A stretch of DNA of 64,000 bases, taken from the NCBI GenBank assembly GCA_950097015.1, contig CATNEN010000024.1, positions 3,720,001 to 3,784,000 of the forward strand. The letters are read 5' to 3'. The notes beneath the pieces were generated by a model. That model searched no databases. It was not told the origin of the DNA and saw nothing but the letters and a program-made list of their open reading frames with translations. This document shows, piece by piece, positions 39,201 to 50,700 of the stretch (its first letter is position 1; every line of letters begins with the position of its first letter). This DNA is from Macrostomum hystrix (taxonomy: Eukaryota > Animalia > Platyhelminthes). A program made the position numbers and the translations under genes.

Positions 39201-42200
39201 ACTGATAACTGACAATCACTGTCACGTCGGTGCCCCAGGAGGCGATAAAATCTGGCGAGCGATCGGTCACGAATTGAAGGCTGGCGTTTGACAGTCGCTG
39301 TTGAACTCGGCGGACGGTCGAGACTTCAGCCACAGGAGGCGCGTCCTGGGAACCGATCTGGGCGTGGATTAGCCACTTGCGGTCTGGTGGGGGGTTGCCG
39401 AGTGGTGGTAGGATAGGACTGTAGGTGAGGGTATGATGTGACTGAGGTGATTTAGAGTTATGTGAGCACATGAACTAAAAGTGTTGGGTCAATTATCTAC
39501 GAGTACTAAGCAGATGTGAATAAGTTTTGAATCAGAACATCAAGTTTTTATTTTACGAGCTAGATAGTTTCACTTTCGTTGAACCCTACTCTAAATATTT
39601 AGAGTGGGTTTATAGATATTGAATTGGCTGATTTAAGCAGGTCCTCACTGTAAGCATTCTCCCAGACTGGGACATTGACAGCGCTGCCTGGAACGATAAA
39701 GCTGCGCTGCCGCACGGTGCCGTTGGTCCACACCGACTGGTCCGTCAGGGTGGCTGAGACGTTTTCGAAATAGTCGATGGTCACGTTTACTGTATCGCCA
39801 CTTGTAACTGTTGTCTGCGAGCCTGATAGTAGATTCAGCACAGAGGGGTGCGCTGGAGATAAAAGCTTCAGCTAAGGAAAAACACTCTAAATGGAGAATC
39901 CCAGAACTCTTAAACAGGGGAATCCCAGAACTCCCCCTAAATGTGAATTCAAGATCTCCAAAAAAGTGGATCTTGGTCCTCATAAACTGGGGAATCCCAG
40001 ACCTACCAAAAAGGGGAATCCCAGACCTCTCAAACTGGGGAATCCCAGACCTACCAAAAAGGGGAATCCCAGACCTCTCAAACTGGGGAATCCCAGACCT
40101 ACCAAAAAGGGGAATCCCAGACCTCTCAAACTGGGGAATCCCAGACCTACCAAAAAGGGGAATCCCAGACCTCTCAAACTGGGGAATCCCAGACCTACCA
40201 AAAAGGGGAATCCCAGACCTCTCAAACTGGGGAATCCCAGACCTCTAAAATAGTGAATTTCAAACCTAGCCAACTGAATAGTGCATTGTAACTGAGAATA
40301 GACTCAGTACCATAGCCGACGGTCCAGGACAGCGGACTTAGGCCAGCCAGTAGGTAGATGGAGCTGGCAAACTGCCAGTTGGTGGAACAAGCGGCGGCCT
40401 CCTCGCTGGCTGCGGTCACCTGGCAGGTGCCGGCAGGTGTTCCGCAGGCGCCGCTGCTCGGACTGTCTGGCAGAGTGGCGATGGCAGCACCCGAGCCACA
40501 CTGGCAGCTGGCGTTGTTGACAGCCGCGTACCTAAATTTAACAACGAACAGAAATAGGAGAAATATGCTTCTGACGCTACTGACAATAGTATAGTGTAGA
40601 CTGTAGAGATTATGATTTTCAGCGTCACATTCGGGTCAAATTCAATCGATTACTTTAGCGACGGTCGGCCCACAGCCAGCGTGGAGGCGATTCTGCCCAT
40701 TCGGGTGAAACCTGAGCACACGCAGGCACACTCAATCTCACACTCGCACAATATCTCATCTTCAGGCAGTGTACACTCTCACAGTGCCTAGGGTTGGCCC
40801 TCATAGGCGTGATTTTCACAAAATGAACGTTGCCTCGCCGTGGTTTCGAGCTCAGGGATCCTGGCTGGCGCGAGAGTCAGACACTCCGGCACTCCGCCGC
40901 CTTTTCTCACCCCATTCCCAGGTTCCTGCAGGTGTAGAGGCACTGTGCCAGCGGCGTCGGGCTCTGCTGCCGAGCAAGATTTGCGCCAGGATTCACGCGG
41001 AACTCGCGGCCGCGACCGTCAGCCTGGATGATCAGCTTGCACGGCAGCTGTGTGGCTTCAGTTAGGGTTTGATGGATATTGATACTGTCGTTTGTATTGA
41101 CGCTACACAACAGCACTAATAACCCTGCGCCTACTCAATAAAGAAGCTGGTCCCTACTAGATAAGATCTATGAAGGAGCTTAGCTTTCTTGTTTAGATAC
41201 AATATGCTAATATTAGGATTGTTGTTATTAGTTCAGTGGCACGCAATATTTGACAATATATATTCTGTATAAAATGTTATAGTTGCTATGCCGAGGAGGC
41301 AATTCTGCCCATTCCGCTGACTCCTGAACACACACGCACACAGGTGTGTACATCTGCCCTGACTCTCTCATCGTCGGGCAGTGTAAACTTTCACTGTACC
41401 TTGGAGGTTGACCCTCAGGGGCGTAAATTGTAAGACAAGCCCCCAAGCCTTATCTCTGCGGCTGCGCCCCAAAATGAATGTTGCCTCGCCGAGGAATCGA
41501 GCTCAGGACCTTGGTGCTAGGGGCAAACGCGTTAGACCGTTGGTAAAGTTTTAAGGACACCTAACAGAGACGTCTTGAATTTGAATTTGTGCCTGATGGA
41601 AAAACCTTGTGTCCTTGAGCGTTAGACGGTTGGTAAAGTTTTAAGGACACCTAACAGAGACGTCTTGAATTTGAATTTGTACCTAATGGAAAAACCTTGT
41701 GTCCTTGAGCGTTAGACCGTTGGTAAAGTTTTAAGGACACCTAACAGAGACGTCTTGAATTTGAATTTGTACCTAATGGAAAAACCTTGTGTCCTTGAGC
41801 GTTAGACCGTTGGTAAAGTTTTAAGGACACCTAACAGAGACGTCTTGAATTTGAATTTGTACCTAATGGAAAAACCTTGTGTCCTTGAGCGTTAGACCGT
41901 TGGTAAAGTTTTAAGGACACCTAACAGAGACGTCTTGAATTTGAATTTGTACCTAATGGAAAAACCTTGTGTCCTTGAGCAAGATGCTTAATTCCTGATT
42001 GCGATATTTCACCTTTGTCTGTTCACCTGTGCGAGGTCCAACTAAGGAATAGGTGAGTTGACGTCACGTGACTATTTTGTGAATTAGCGTCAAATATCCA
42101 ATAAATTGGTTGCTTCCGTTTACACAGCTGTCCGTCGAGAAATCCCGTTGGTTTAATCTCTGCTTTAACATACTGATTTATGATTTAGTCCTATTCTTGG

Positions 42201-42327
42201 TGAAGTTTGCATAGCCTAATCTAATCTCAGCGAGTAAATGATGATCCCTTTAGTAAATAAAATTGATTGACTAACCTGAGCCTGTCGCCAGCCAACAGGT
42301 GCTTAGGAAGAGCAGGAGATGCAGCAT
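15336..42327 (-). CDS. PKD1-like: Polycystin-1 (PKD1)-like 11-TM receptor/channel subunit, ~25 exons, ~3,500 aa
   Basis: Signal-peptide exon 42327-42276 (MLHLLLFLSTCWLATGS). WSC domain across exons 41047-40911 and 40531-40266 (CLYTCRNLGMGYAAVNNASCQCGS). PKD repeats (37508-37315, 35979-33254), REJ (VNSPP..VTVSPSAGVALTTSFQIYCSGAVDSDEPLTY), GPS CFSRHLTTFMASLF, PLAT (exon 26839-26509), TOP/channel exons (YSGGGYVADLG, NWLDRQT) and last exon 15505-15336. Exon 2 and exact ends of exons 11-12 are uncertain. Confidence 0.93.
15538..18768. repeat. 32-bp satellite, ~100 copies, filling the last PKD1-like intron
   Basis: (TAGACATCTAGATATGACTAGAT(T/C)ATGTCACC)n with period 32. Confidence 0.98.
19212..19476 (+). 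mobile_element. SINE family A, 3'-truncated
   Basis: A box TGGCAGAGCGG, B-box-like GCTCGATTCC, conserved body. Confidence 0.9.
19490..19610 (+). mobile_element. SINE family B fragment
   Basis: GAGGTCCAGAGTTCGAATC head remnant joined to GACTGAACA...AATAGCTGCG 3' remnant. Confidence 0.55.
20030..21250 (-). mobile_element. Decayed non-LTR retrotransposon 3' fragment (end of RT plus RNase H) in a PKD1-like intron
   Basis: Minus-strand frames give LLGVHLDSQLS (RT domain 7-like), VWTDGS...SSFRAVETALLQA (RNase H-like) and EELNRVIDYLSIREIG; GC-rich and frame-disrupted. Confidence 0.65.
21571..21925 (+). mobile_element. SINE family A, near full length
   Basis: B box GTTCGATTCC, body and (ATT)n tail. 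Confidence 0.92.
21945..22090. repeat. 15-bp minisatellite
   Basis: (TATCCAGATTCCCAC)n. Confidence 0.95.
22614..23157. repeat. 20/19-bp minisatellite with graded units
   Basis: GTGTCAGTTGAAATAGGGAG grading into GTGTCAGTTGAGACATGGG. Confidence 0.95.
23725..24013 (-). mobile_element. SINE family A
   Basis: Reverse complement of head and body. Confidence 0.9.
25205..26465. repeat. 26-bp minisatellite
   Basis: (GGATGATCAATGGACTTCTAGATCAA)n. Confidence 0.97.
26509..26839 (-). CDS. PKD1-like PLAT/LH2 domain exon
   Basis: YELTFWTGNRSGAGTTANVFCDLIG...LGRVTHLRLWHDNSGLDPCWYLNRVIVRDLLTGEKSHFLCESWL is a canonical polycystin PLAT domain. Confidence 0.93.
26985..27235. repeat. 16-bp minisatellite
   Basis: (ATCCGAAACTTCCCAA)n. 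Confidence 0.95.
27326..29499 (-). CDS. PKD1-like GAIN/GPS and TM1 exons (29499-28829, 28302-28083, 27603-27326)
   Basis: Reads ...VNLTVYQPSCTY...EGQCSTPAMTQCFSRHLTTFMASLF followed by hydrophobic TM1 PVALALAVTFICLYIIVLIWA. Confidence 0.88.
27715..27995. repeat. 21-bp minisatellite
   Basis: (TAGATCATGGAGTTCTATTAA)n. Confidence 0.95.
28385..28700 (+). mobile_element. SINE family A
   Basis: GGGGTCAGTGGCAGAGCGGTTAAC head, body and (ATT)n tail. Confidence 0.92.
28705..28790. repeat. Short ~22-bp tandem repeat
   Basis: (CTGCAGTTTCTACTCTTTGTGG) about 4 copies. Confidence 0.85.
29808..30210. repeat. (ACT)n microsatellite, ~130 units, intronic
   Basis: Directly visible; begins ~10 nt from a PKD1-like donor site. 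Confidence 0.98.
31695..32200. repeat. 32-bp minisatellite
   Basis: (GCACACTGAGGACATTGTTAGGAATAATGCC(T/A))n. Confidence 0.97.
32690..32775 (+). mobile_element. SINE family B 3' end
   Basis: GTGGTTGTGGCATTCCCCCCCAGTCCATGGACTGAACAGCTGTAC. Confidence 0.7.
32780..33057 (-). mobile_element. SINE family A with internal deletion, tail-to-tail with a family B copy
   Basis: Head and tail present, central GT-rich part missing. Confidence 0.85.
33254..35979 (-). CDS. PKD1-like large exon: PKD repeats and start of REJ module
   Basis: 2,726-nt open exon with PKD signatures (VSFGDG, CAWNFGDG...HSYSRPGNYTITVGISNPVS); phases match flanking exons. Confidence 0.93.
36011..36325 (+). mobile_element. SINE family A with partial head deletion
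   Basis: Conserved body and tail. Confidence 0.9.
39985..40250. repeat. 48-bp dimeric (2x24) minisatellite
   Basis: GGGGAATCCCAGACCTACCAAAAA alternating with GGGGAATCCCAGACCTCTCAAACT. Confidence 0.97.
40693..40860 (-). mobile_element. SINE family A, degenerate fragment
   Basis: GGCAGTGTACACTCTCACAGTGCCTAGGGTTGGCCCTC and B-box remnant. Confidence 0.75.
41290..41540 (-). mobile_element. SINE family A, head-to-head with the 90-bp tandem array
   Basis: Reverse complement of head and body. Confidence 0.88.
41529..41980 (+). repeat. 90-bp tandem repeat x5 derived from a SINE family B head
   Basis: Period 90. Unit ends in AACCTTGTGTCCTTGA and the last unit continues GCAAGATGCTTAATTCC (CORE-like). 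Confidence 0.85.
42059..42072. promoter_or_regulatory. Overlapping CRE (TGACGTCA) and CLEAR/E-box (GTCACGTGAC) palindromes
   Basis: TGACGTCACGTGAC is directly visible ~200 nt into the PKD1-like first intron; function is inferred. Confidence 0.4.
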
Positions 42328-43642
42328 AATCAATGCTCCAATGTTGGGGCCGTTAACGGCTATTTTAAACTCAATTTTTACCAGATAAGAATTCGATGTG
42401 TAAAAGATAAGAAATCTCTCCTACGGTGTCGGATCACTTTAAGAGCCCACGGGGCGATATTTATCAGCGCAGGTGGCAACCGATGTGTTTGCTTTTGCGT
42501 TGCCGCTGGAGCTTGGGATTCTGGCGGGTTTGATCTGGGAAGGAGAAACTGACTCCCCATCCGAGGTATCTCAACAAGCTACTCAATCAGTTGTGTGAGA
42601 AATTCATTTGATTAATCTCGATTGAAAAACTTGTCACATTGTGTTTTATGTATCAGCATCAATTTAATTAATTAGATTTACATTTTCAGAGAAAATATTT
42701 TTCAAGGAATTTTTCCACATATTTTTTTCGCGACATCTCATTTTTTTTCACTTCATTTTTTTGGTTTGGTTTTCATTCGGCTTGCTATTTTTAGCAGAAT
42801 AAAACAACACAAAGAAAGAGTTTGTTGAGCAGAGGAGCGAGGCCATACTTACACATAATTAAAGGTTTTTTGTCGAATGCAAATTTGAACTGAAAAATAA
42901 GTTTTCTGTGGGGTCACAGAAAGGCTATTTTATTATTTTTTTTAATGGTCAGAGGTGTACTCAAATGCACAATGGGACCCAAATGCTTTCTTTTTTTGGA
43001 AACAATCGTTCTTAGTCTCAAAACACAAAACACTAGAAAGAATTCAGCAGGACAGCAGGACTGATATGCTCAAACGAATTGAGCTGTGTGCAACTCGTAG
43101 ATTTTATACAACCCCTGCCAACGCAATCCAATTGGAACGAGCAGAAGGAGAGAAAGAGAGGAGCGAATATGCTTTTCGACCGAGGTGAGTCCTGCTAGTT
43201 GCTAGGTCGAGTTGCTTTCAAACTTATTTAGGCTAAAAGTTCAACCGACAGTTTTTTCTGTGTATTTACTGGTTGCTCTCTAGAAAATAGAACTAGAAAG
43301 AAAAAACACACTGGGCAGAGACACACAAAAACTGAGAGAGCGAGAGACAGACAGAGAGACAAAGTGAAAACACCTGGGTTGCCTTGGCAGTCCGGCACAC
43401 AAATTCTACCTGGCGATTTTACAATCCCAACACACCTCACCATACACTCGCGCACAAGCACACATTCTATGACCGATTTTTTTACATTTCCTCCCCCGGC
43501 CTAAGTGTCCAGCCGGGCCGTCATAGGCTGAGAGGTGACCGGACTCTCTCAGCATCTCGACCAGTCCGAGTTTTATGAGCCTTGCCTGTTTTGAGTTCAA
43601 ATTTTCGCACCGGTACTCAGCGCCAAGCGTTCCGAGCGGGTC
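42328..43642. promoter_or_regulatory. Putative bidirectional promoter and 5' UTRs shared by the PKD1-like and TRPA1-like genes
   Basis: Divergent ATGs 1,315 nt apart; AT-rich core at 42600-42950; plus-strand donor GAG|gtgagt at ~43185 suggests a TRPA 5' UTR exon; X-box-like GTTGCCTTGGCAGT at 43378-43391. Confidence 0.5.
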
Positions 43643-44672
43643 ATGAGTGCCGCCGACCAGCCGGAAAGCAACAGCAACCAGGCCAACACTAGCGCGAGCG
43701 TATCCAGATCCGAGGGACAGCAGTACATCCCTTGGCCGTTGCCCGAGGTTGACGTCACGAGCAACAGCGGGGGCAGTCGGAAGAAGAAGAAGACTAAACT
43801 AGCTGAAGCCCCCGGATACGAGTCGCCTCAGCCTGAAGTGCAAGATAGCCTAGCTCCACCAGCTGGGCCAGCAAACATGGCCAATAGAAGAGGCAGCGGC
43901 GCCGTTCTGCCAGCGGCTGACTCCGCGCACAGCATGCCGCTGCAAATGGTTCGATTCTTTGAGTCCACAGAGGACAGCCTGCCTGGAGCGCAGAGCGGCG
44001 GCTACCTCACCGATGAAACAGCCGATACGACAGGCGGCCGTGGCAGGGCTCATCACGCCAGCTTTCTGGACATGATTGAGGTTGGCTGACTTTGGCTTTC
44101 ACTTGCTGCATTAGTTTCACAAGATTGTGGTATTGTCTACGGCATTCCAACACAAGATTGGGTATTGCTTGTGGGATTCCAGCACACGATTAGGGTATTG
44201 TCTGTGGGTTTCCAGCACACGATTAGGGTATTGTCTGTGGGTTTCCAGCACACGATTAGGGTAATTGTCTGTGGGTTTCCAGCACACGATTAGGGTATTG
44301 TCTTTAGGTTTCCTATACAAGATTGCGGTATTGTCTATGGGTTTCCGGCACAAGATTGGGGTATTGTCTATGGGTTTCCGGCACAAGATTGGGGTATTGT
44401 CTATGGGTTTTCGGCACAAGATTGGGGTATTGTCTATGGGTTTCCAGCACATGATTGGGGTATTGTCTATGGGTTTCCAGCACATGATTGAGGTATTGTC
44501 TATGGGTTTCCAGCACATGATTGGGGCATCGTAAATGGAAAGTCTATGGAGATTTACAGCCCCACTGATTAATTCTGACCGACTTTCAACCCGCAGGCTG
44601 CCAAAGACGGCCGGGCCCAGCTGCTCGAGGAGATGATGGGACCGCCGCAGCTACAGAATTTCGGCGGAAGCA

Positions 44673-44723
<51 letters not shown>

Positions 44724-47700
44724 TTGGCGGCGGCAAGGGCAAGAGGAACATCCACGTAGACAAGAAGGACACCAACGGCTACACCATGCTGCACTATGCG
44801 GCTAGGAACAACCATGTCAATGTCTGCGACGTTCTACTACGCCGCGGAGCGGAAATCAACATCGAAGGCCCGGACCAGATGACCCCGCTGCATATGGCCG
44901 CCAAGTACAAGCGGGCCAGAGGTGGCAAAGCTGCCGCGGCGGCTGCGGCGGCTGCTGCTGCTGCGTCATCGGCGATTGCTCCAACGACTGGGGTGAGCAT
45001 TTGGGTGATCCCTGAGTACACCAAGTTAGGCTTATAAGAGTTCAAGCAATAAATGTCAATTCGTATAATGTCAACTTCCAGCTAGAGAAGAAGGACGGCT
45101 CACAGACGAATCTGACGGAGTCTGTCGACTTTCATATCGGGGTGAGTCGCTAGATTGAACGGCTGATTCCGATTTCTGACGATGATTTGCAATCATTTAC
45201 AATTGCAAATGAGTTTTCAATTTTTTCCTTTTCAGGACGCCGCGAGGCAATCAGCTAGGGTAAGACACAAGCATTTGTACTAGAATCTGAACCCCAGATT
45301 TGCTTCCTAGAATCTAACCCCAGATTTATTTCCTAGAATCTGAACCCCAGATTTGCTTCCTAGAATCTGAACCCCAGATTTGCTTCCTAGAATCTGAATC
45401 CCAGATTTGCTTCCTAGAATCTGAATCCCAGATTTGCTTCCTAGAATCTGAACCCCAGATTTATTTCCTAGAATCTGAACCCCCGAGTTTTGTTTCCTAG
45501 AATCTGAACCCCAGATTTGCTTCCTAGAATCTGAACCCCAGATTTGCTTCCTAGAATCTGAACCCCCGAGTTTTGTTTCCTAGAATCTGAACCTCAGATT
45601 TGTTTCCTAGAATCTGAACCCTAGATTTGTTTCCTATAATCTGAACCCCAGATTTGTTTCCTAGAATCTGAAACCCAGATTTGTTTCCTAGAATATGAAC
45701 CCTAGATTTGTTTCCTATAATCTAAACCCAGATTTGCTTCCTAGAATCTGAACCCCAGATTTTTTCCTAGAATCTAAACCCCAGATTTATTTCCTAGAAT
45801 CTGAACCACCGAGTTTTGTTTCCTAGAATCTGAACCCTAGATTTGTTTCCTATAATCTAAACCCAGTTTTTCCTAGAATCTGAACCCCAGATTGTTTCCT
45901 AGAATCGGAACCCCAGATTTGTTTCCCAGATTCGAAATCCCAGATTCGGAATCCTAGATTCGGAATCCCATATTCGAAATCCCAGATTCGGAATCCCAGA
46001 TTCGGAATCCCAGATTCGGAATCCCAGATTCGGAATCCCAGATTCGGAATCCCAGATTCGGAATCCCAGATTCGGAATCTCAGATTTGGAATCCCAGATT
46101 CGGAATCCCAGATTCGGAATCACAGATCCCAAATCCCTATCCCTATCCCTGCAGCAGGATGAGAAGGACGCTGTGTTCTTCCTACTGCGCCAAGGCGCGG
46201 ACATGACCCGCAAGGACTTCTACGGCTGCACGCCGCTGCACTACGCAGCAATGAAGGGCAACACGGAGGCGGCCAGATTCTTGTTGAGCCGGGAGAAGCG
46301 GCGGCGTAGCAACCAGCGGGTGGATAAATCGGACTCGCTTTACCTCACTCGGGTGCCCATCTGGCGTGTGAGAAAAATTCCTTTGTGTTTTTTCAACGCA
46401 TCGATTCAACTGTTAATAAAAACAAAATGCGCAAACCGAATATGAAACACGCCCGTTATTTAAATATATAACACGCCCGTCAATCCATCATGACACAACC
46501 CGTTTATCCATCATGACACAACCCGTTTATCCATCATGACACAACCCGTTTATCCATCATGACACAACCCGTTTATCCATCATGACACAAGCCCGTTTAT
46601 CCATCATGACACAAGCTCGTTAGTCCATCATGACACAAGCCCGTTTCTCCATCATGAAGCAAGCTCGTTAATCCATCATGAAGCAAGCTCGTTAATCCAT
46701 CATGAAACACGCCCGTTAATCCATCATGAAACACACCTGTTAGTCAATTATGAAACACACCCGTTAATCCATTATGAAACAATATCGTTAATCCATCATG
46801 AAACACACCTGTTAATAAATTATGAAACAAAACCGTTAATCCATCATGAAACAAGATCGTTAATCCATCATGAAACAAGATCGTTAAGCCATCATGAAAC
46901 ACACCCGGTAATCCATCATGAAACAAGATCGTTAATCCATCATGAAACAAGATCGTTAATCCATCATGAAACAAGATCGTTAATCCATCATGAAACAGAC
47001 ATGTTAATCAATTATAAAACACAAGCCCGTTAATCCATCATGACACAAGCCCGTTAATCCAGTACAAGCATGATAATCAAATTATTCCCCCGCAATGCCA
47101 CCAGATCACGGACAATGAGGACATGACGCCGTTGCACCTGGCCTGCTCACACAAGGAGGCCGCCGTTGTTCGTTTACTAATTGAAACAGAGAACAACGAC
47201 AAAGACTACCTGGAGATGACAGAGAAGAGCGGCTGCACGGCGCTGCACCTGGCCTGCGCCGAGGGCGACGCCGACATCTGCAGCTACCTGCTGCACGCCG
47301 CGGAGGCTGTCGGAGCCGGATTTCGGCAGCGCTATGTCAACAAGCGCGACATGGAGAACTGCACCTGCCTGCACTACGCTGTGGAGAATGAGAACGTTGA
47401 GGTTTCTGAGATGCTCATTAGGAACGGTGTGTGATGCAGCTGAATCATTATCGACTCCGAATTTATTTCCAACGATTCAGTTCCTCCATTTTTTAATTAC
47501 TAATCTCGTGTACTCAATAGCTCGTGTGCTGTTTTAAATCCCTTAAAAATCCCAGATTCCAAATCCCAGATTCCAAAGCCCAGATTCCAAATCCCAGATT
47601 CCAAATCCCAGATTCCAAATCCCAGATTCCAAATCCCAGATTCCAAATCCCAGATTCCAAATCCCAGATTCCAAATCCCAGATTCCAAATCCCAGATTCC

Positions 47701-50700
47701 AAATCCCAGATTCCAAATCCCAGATTCAAAATCCCATATTCTCAATCCAGATACCCAATCCAAAATTCCAAATCTCAGAAAAAAATATTAAAATCCAAAG
47801 CACACTCGTAAAACCCTAATATCCCAAATCCCATACGAAAGCATGCTTAACTTATTTTTTCCAACCCAATCTAATACAACCGAAATCCTCAATCCCCGCT
47901 CGATCCCCCTTAGGCGCCAACGTGAACGCCAGCAACACTGGCAGGGAGACGCCGCTGCACCTGGCAGCCCGCACCGGCAACCAGCAGCTCGTGGAGCTGC
48001 TCATGCAGAACGGAGCCAAGCTGAATGCTCGCGACTCCGACAAGCAGACGCCGCTGCACAAGGCGGCCCGGTTCAACCAGGCCAAACTGCTGGCCTACCT
48101 GCTGGATGTCGACAATTCGGCCATCGACGCCATCGACTGCGACCACATGACGCCGCTGCTGCTGGCGAGCTGCCAGCAGGACGACCCGGCCTGCGTCAAG
48201 GTGAGTGACGGGTTTGAGAACAGTCTCGGTTGCTCCGGAGACGAGTCTAGTTAATACTTGTAACATACTAATAACAATAATTGCAGGAGGGCTTCCTTGC
48301 AATGGCACATCCTTTGGTGATGTTTAGCGAGTCTATAGTTAGTCAATGGGATTCCTTCAAAATGAAATTCCTTCCAGGTGCTGCTGGAGAAGGGCGCCAA
48401 CCCGCTGTGCCGCGACAGCGCCGAGCGGACTGCCGTCTTCTTGGCGGCCATGTGGCACAATGTCAACGTGCTGAAGGCCCTGCTGGAGAATGGCGACGTC
48501 AAAGATAATCGAGTCATCGACGACGGCGACGCCAATAGCAACACGCCGCTGCACATCGCCTGCCAGAGTGGTGAGTTTGAAGCGGTCTGATTTGAATTTG
48601 AATTCGCGCCAGATTAATTCACTTTTGACACGTGACTATTTGCAGTAGTAATTTTCGAAAAAATCTAAAAAATGATCCTGTTCACCAAACATCTACATTT
48701 GAAGTGGTTTACGATTGTGTACAAGTGAAGTACGCAAATTGAAATGCAGTGCGTGTATGATTAGTAGTTCCTCAGGTTTTATTTCAATAAAATCTACGGT
48801 CAGAATTGAACTATGTGAAATAGTAATCTAATTCGGAAAACTTATTTAAGAACTTAAACAAATTTTAGAGTATACAAAAAATTAAACGAATTGTTTTGGA
48901 TGAGTATAATAATAATAAAAAATCAACTTTCTATTCAGAGCTAATAAAACTGAGTAAATATAATGCATATAATATAATTATAATATAATCCTTAAGGTTG
49001 TAACATATAATGATACGAGCTAAAGGAAATCTTCCCGTTTAGAAATAGAAATAATATAGAAATTGAAACTATATAGAATTATAACCAAGGACCACTAGAA
49101 GAAGAAGGACGGGACACTTCGTTTCTTAGAAAATTTATTAAAGGCTGATTTTTACGGAAAAATACACTAGCGAGAAAGGAACTTTTCACTTTTTTCACCT
49201 TAAAACGTTGATAACTTTTTATTGGAAGCAGATACAAAGCTCTTCTTTTGATATAACTTACAAAATATGTTGCTTCGACGAATTTTATAAAGATTTTTTC
49301 ATGAATAATTGATCTTCATATTATTTTAGTTACTTTATCATGCAGCAATCATAGTATCAAGCTAGTAAAACTTCTTCTAGTTTTTAGTTCTTCTAACTTC
49401 TTCTATCTTCTTCTAGTGGTCCTTGATTATAACCCGCGCAGATTTTAAATCAGATCAAAATATTTAAACAAAGACCTACGATTTAAAGCCTATTTCCAAT
49501 AATTAAAAAGCTTACTAATTTCTAAAACTTATTTAAGAATTCAAACAATGTGTTTAGGGGTTATAAAACACATGCGTTGATCCCGGATTCATTAAAAGTC
49601 CCCCAATAAATTAAATAAAATTGAATTGGTTATCAATGCAGAAATAATAACCAAAAACAAATATAAAAAAATAATAAATATAGTCAATAAATTCAATTCA
49701 ATTCATAAATGTATCAAAAAAATCTGCACCACTTAAAAATATCAACAAACTTTATTTTAACAAAAAAAGATAAAATTTTTCAATACTAAAAATAGTAAGG
49801 ACTACAGTTTTAAACAAAAGAGTGGAAAATAAAGAATAGAATAGATCAATTTTAATTATTGAGTTAAACCTACATGCTTACAATTTTAACCACGTTATGT
49901 TTTCTGAATCTGCAATAAGCTCATAGAGGTACCAAAATCTGATCTTCGACAACACCATCCTAACAGGAAGCCTAGACATTGTCGAGGTGCTCCTGCGAGC
50001 CAAAGCCAAGTACGACGACAAGAACGAGGACGAGGAGACGCCGATGCACCTCGCCGCCAAGGCCGGCCATCTGCAAATTGTTCGCCGGCTTCTGCGCATC
50101 AGCCGGACCCTGGCCAACGACGAAGACGACGACTCCAACACGCCGCTGCACATGGCGGCCCTGACTGGCCAGCCGAAGATCTGCCAGCTGCTCATCGACG
50201 AGGGCAAGGCGGATGTCGAGGCGCGCAATTCGCGCGGCTGGACAGCGCTCGACTGCGCCGCTTCGAAGGGCTTCACCAAGGTGGCCCAGGTGCTGCTGGA
50301 CAATGACTCGCCGATTGATCCGGCCGACAAGTCGAACGTGACGCCACTATTCTTGGCCTGCCAGGGCGGCCACCTGGAGATGGTGGACCTGCTGCTGAAG
50401 ATTGGCGCCAAGGTTGCGAATTTACCTGCGCTGCTGTGTGGGATTTGGGAAACAAAAAACTTTTGGGAGTGTGAATTCCTGGAAATATGACAGGCATCAC
50501 AGCTAAACCTAGTTGGGCCGGATGTATATATTGCCAGTAACACAGCCGCACCTGTGACTTGCCCAAAGACAAGAATAGCTTCACTCGAGCTGAGAATCGA
50601 ACTCCTGACCTTACATTTAAGAGTCCGAATCGAATCTCACTCGGTTTCAGGTGGACAACCGCATCAAGTACTCGAGCGTCACTAGTCCGCTGCACAATTG

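Noticed and set aside
49878-50543. 221-aa minus-strand ORF and similar long antisense ORFs over TRPA, PKD1-like and LINE exons
   Set aside because: GC-rich antisense shadows with no motifs or independent splice structure.
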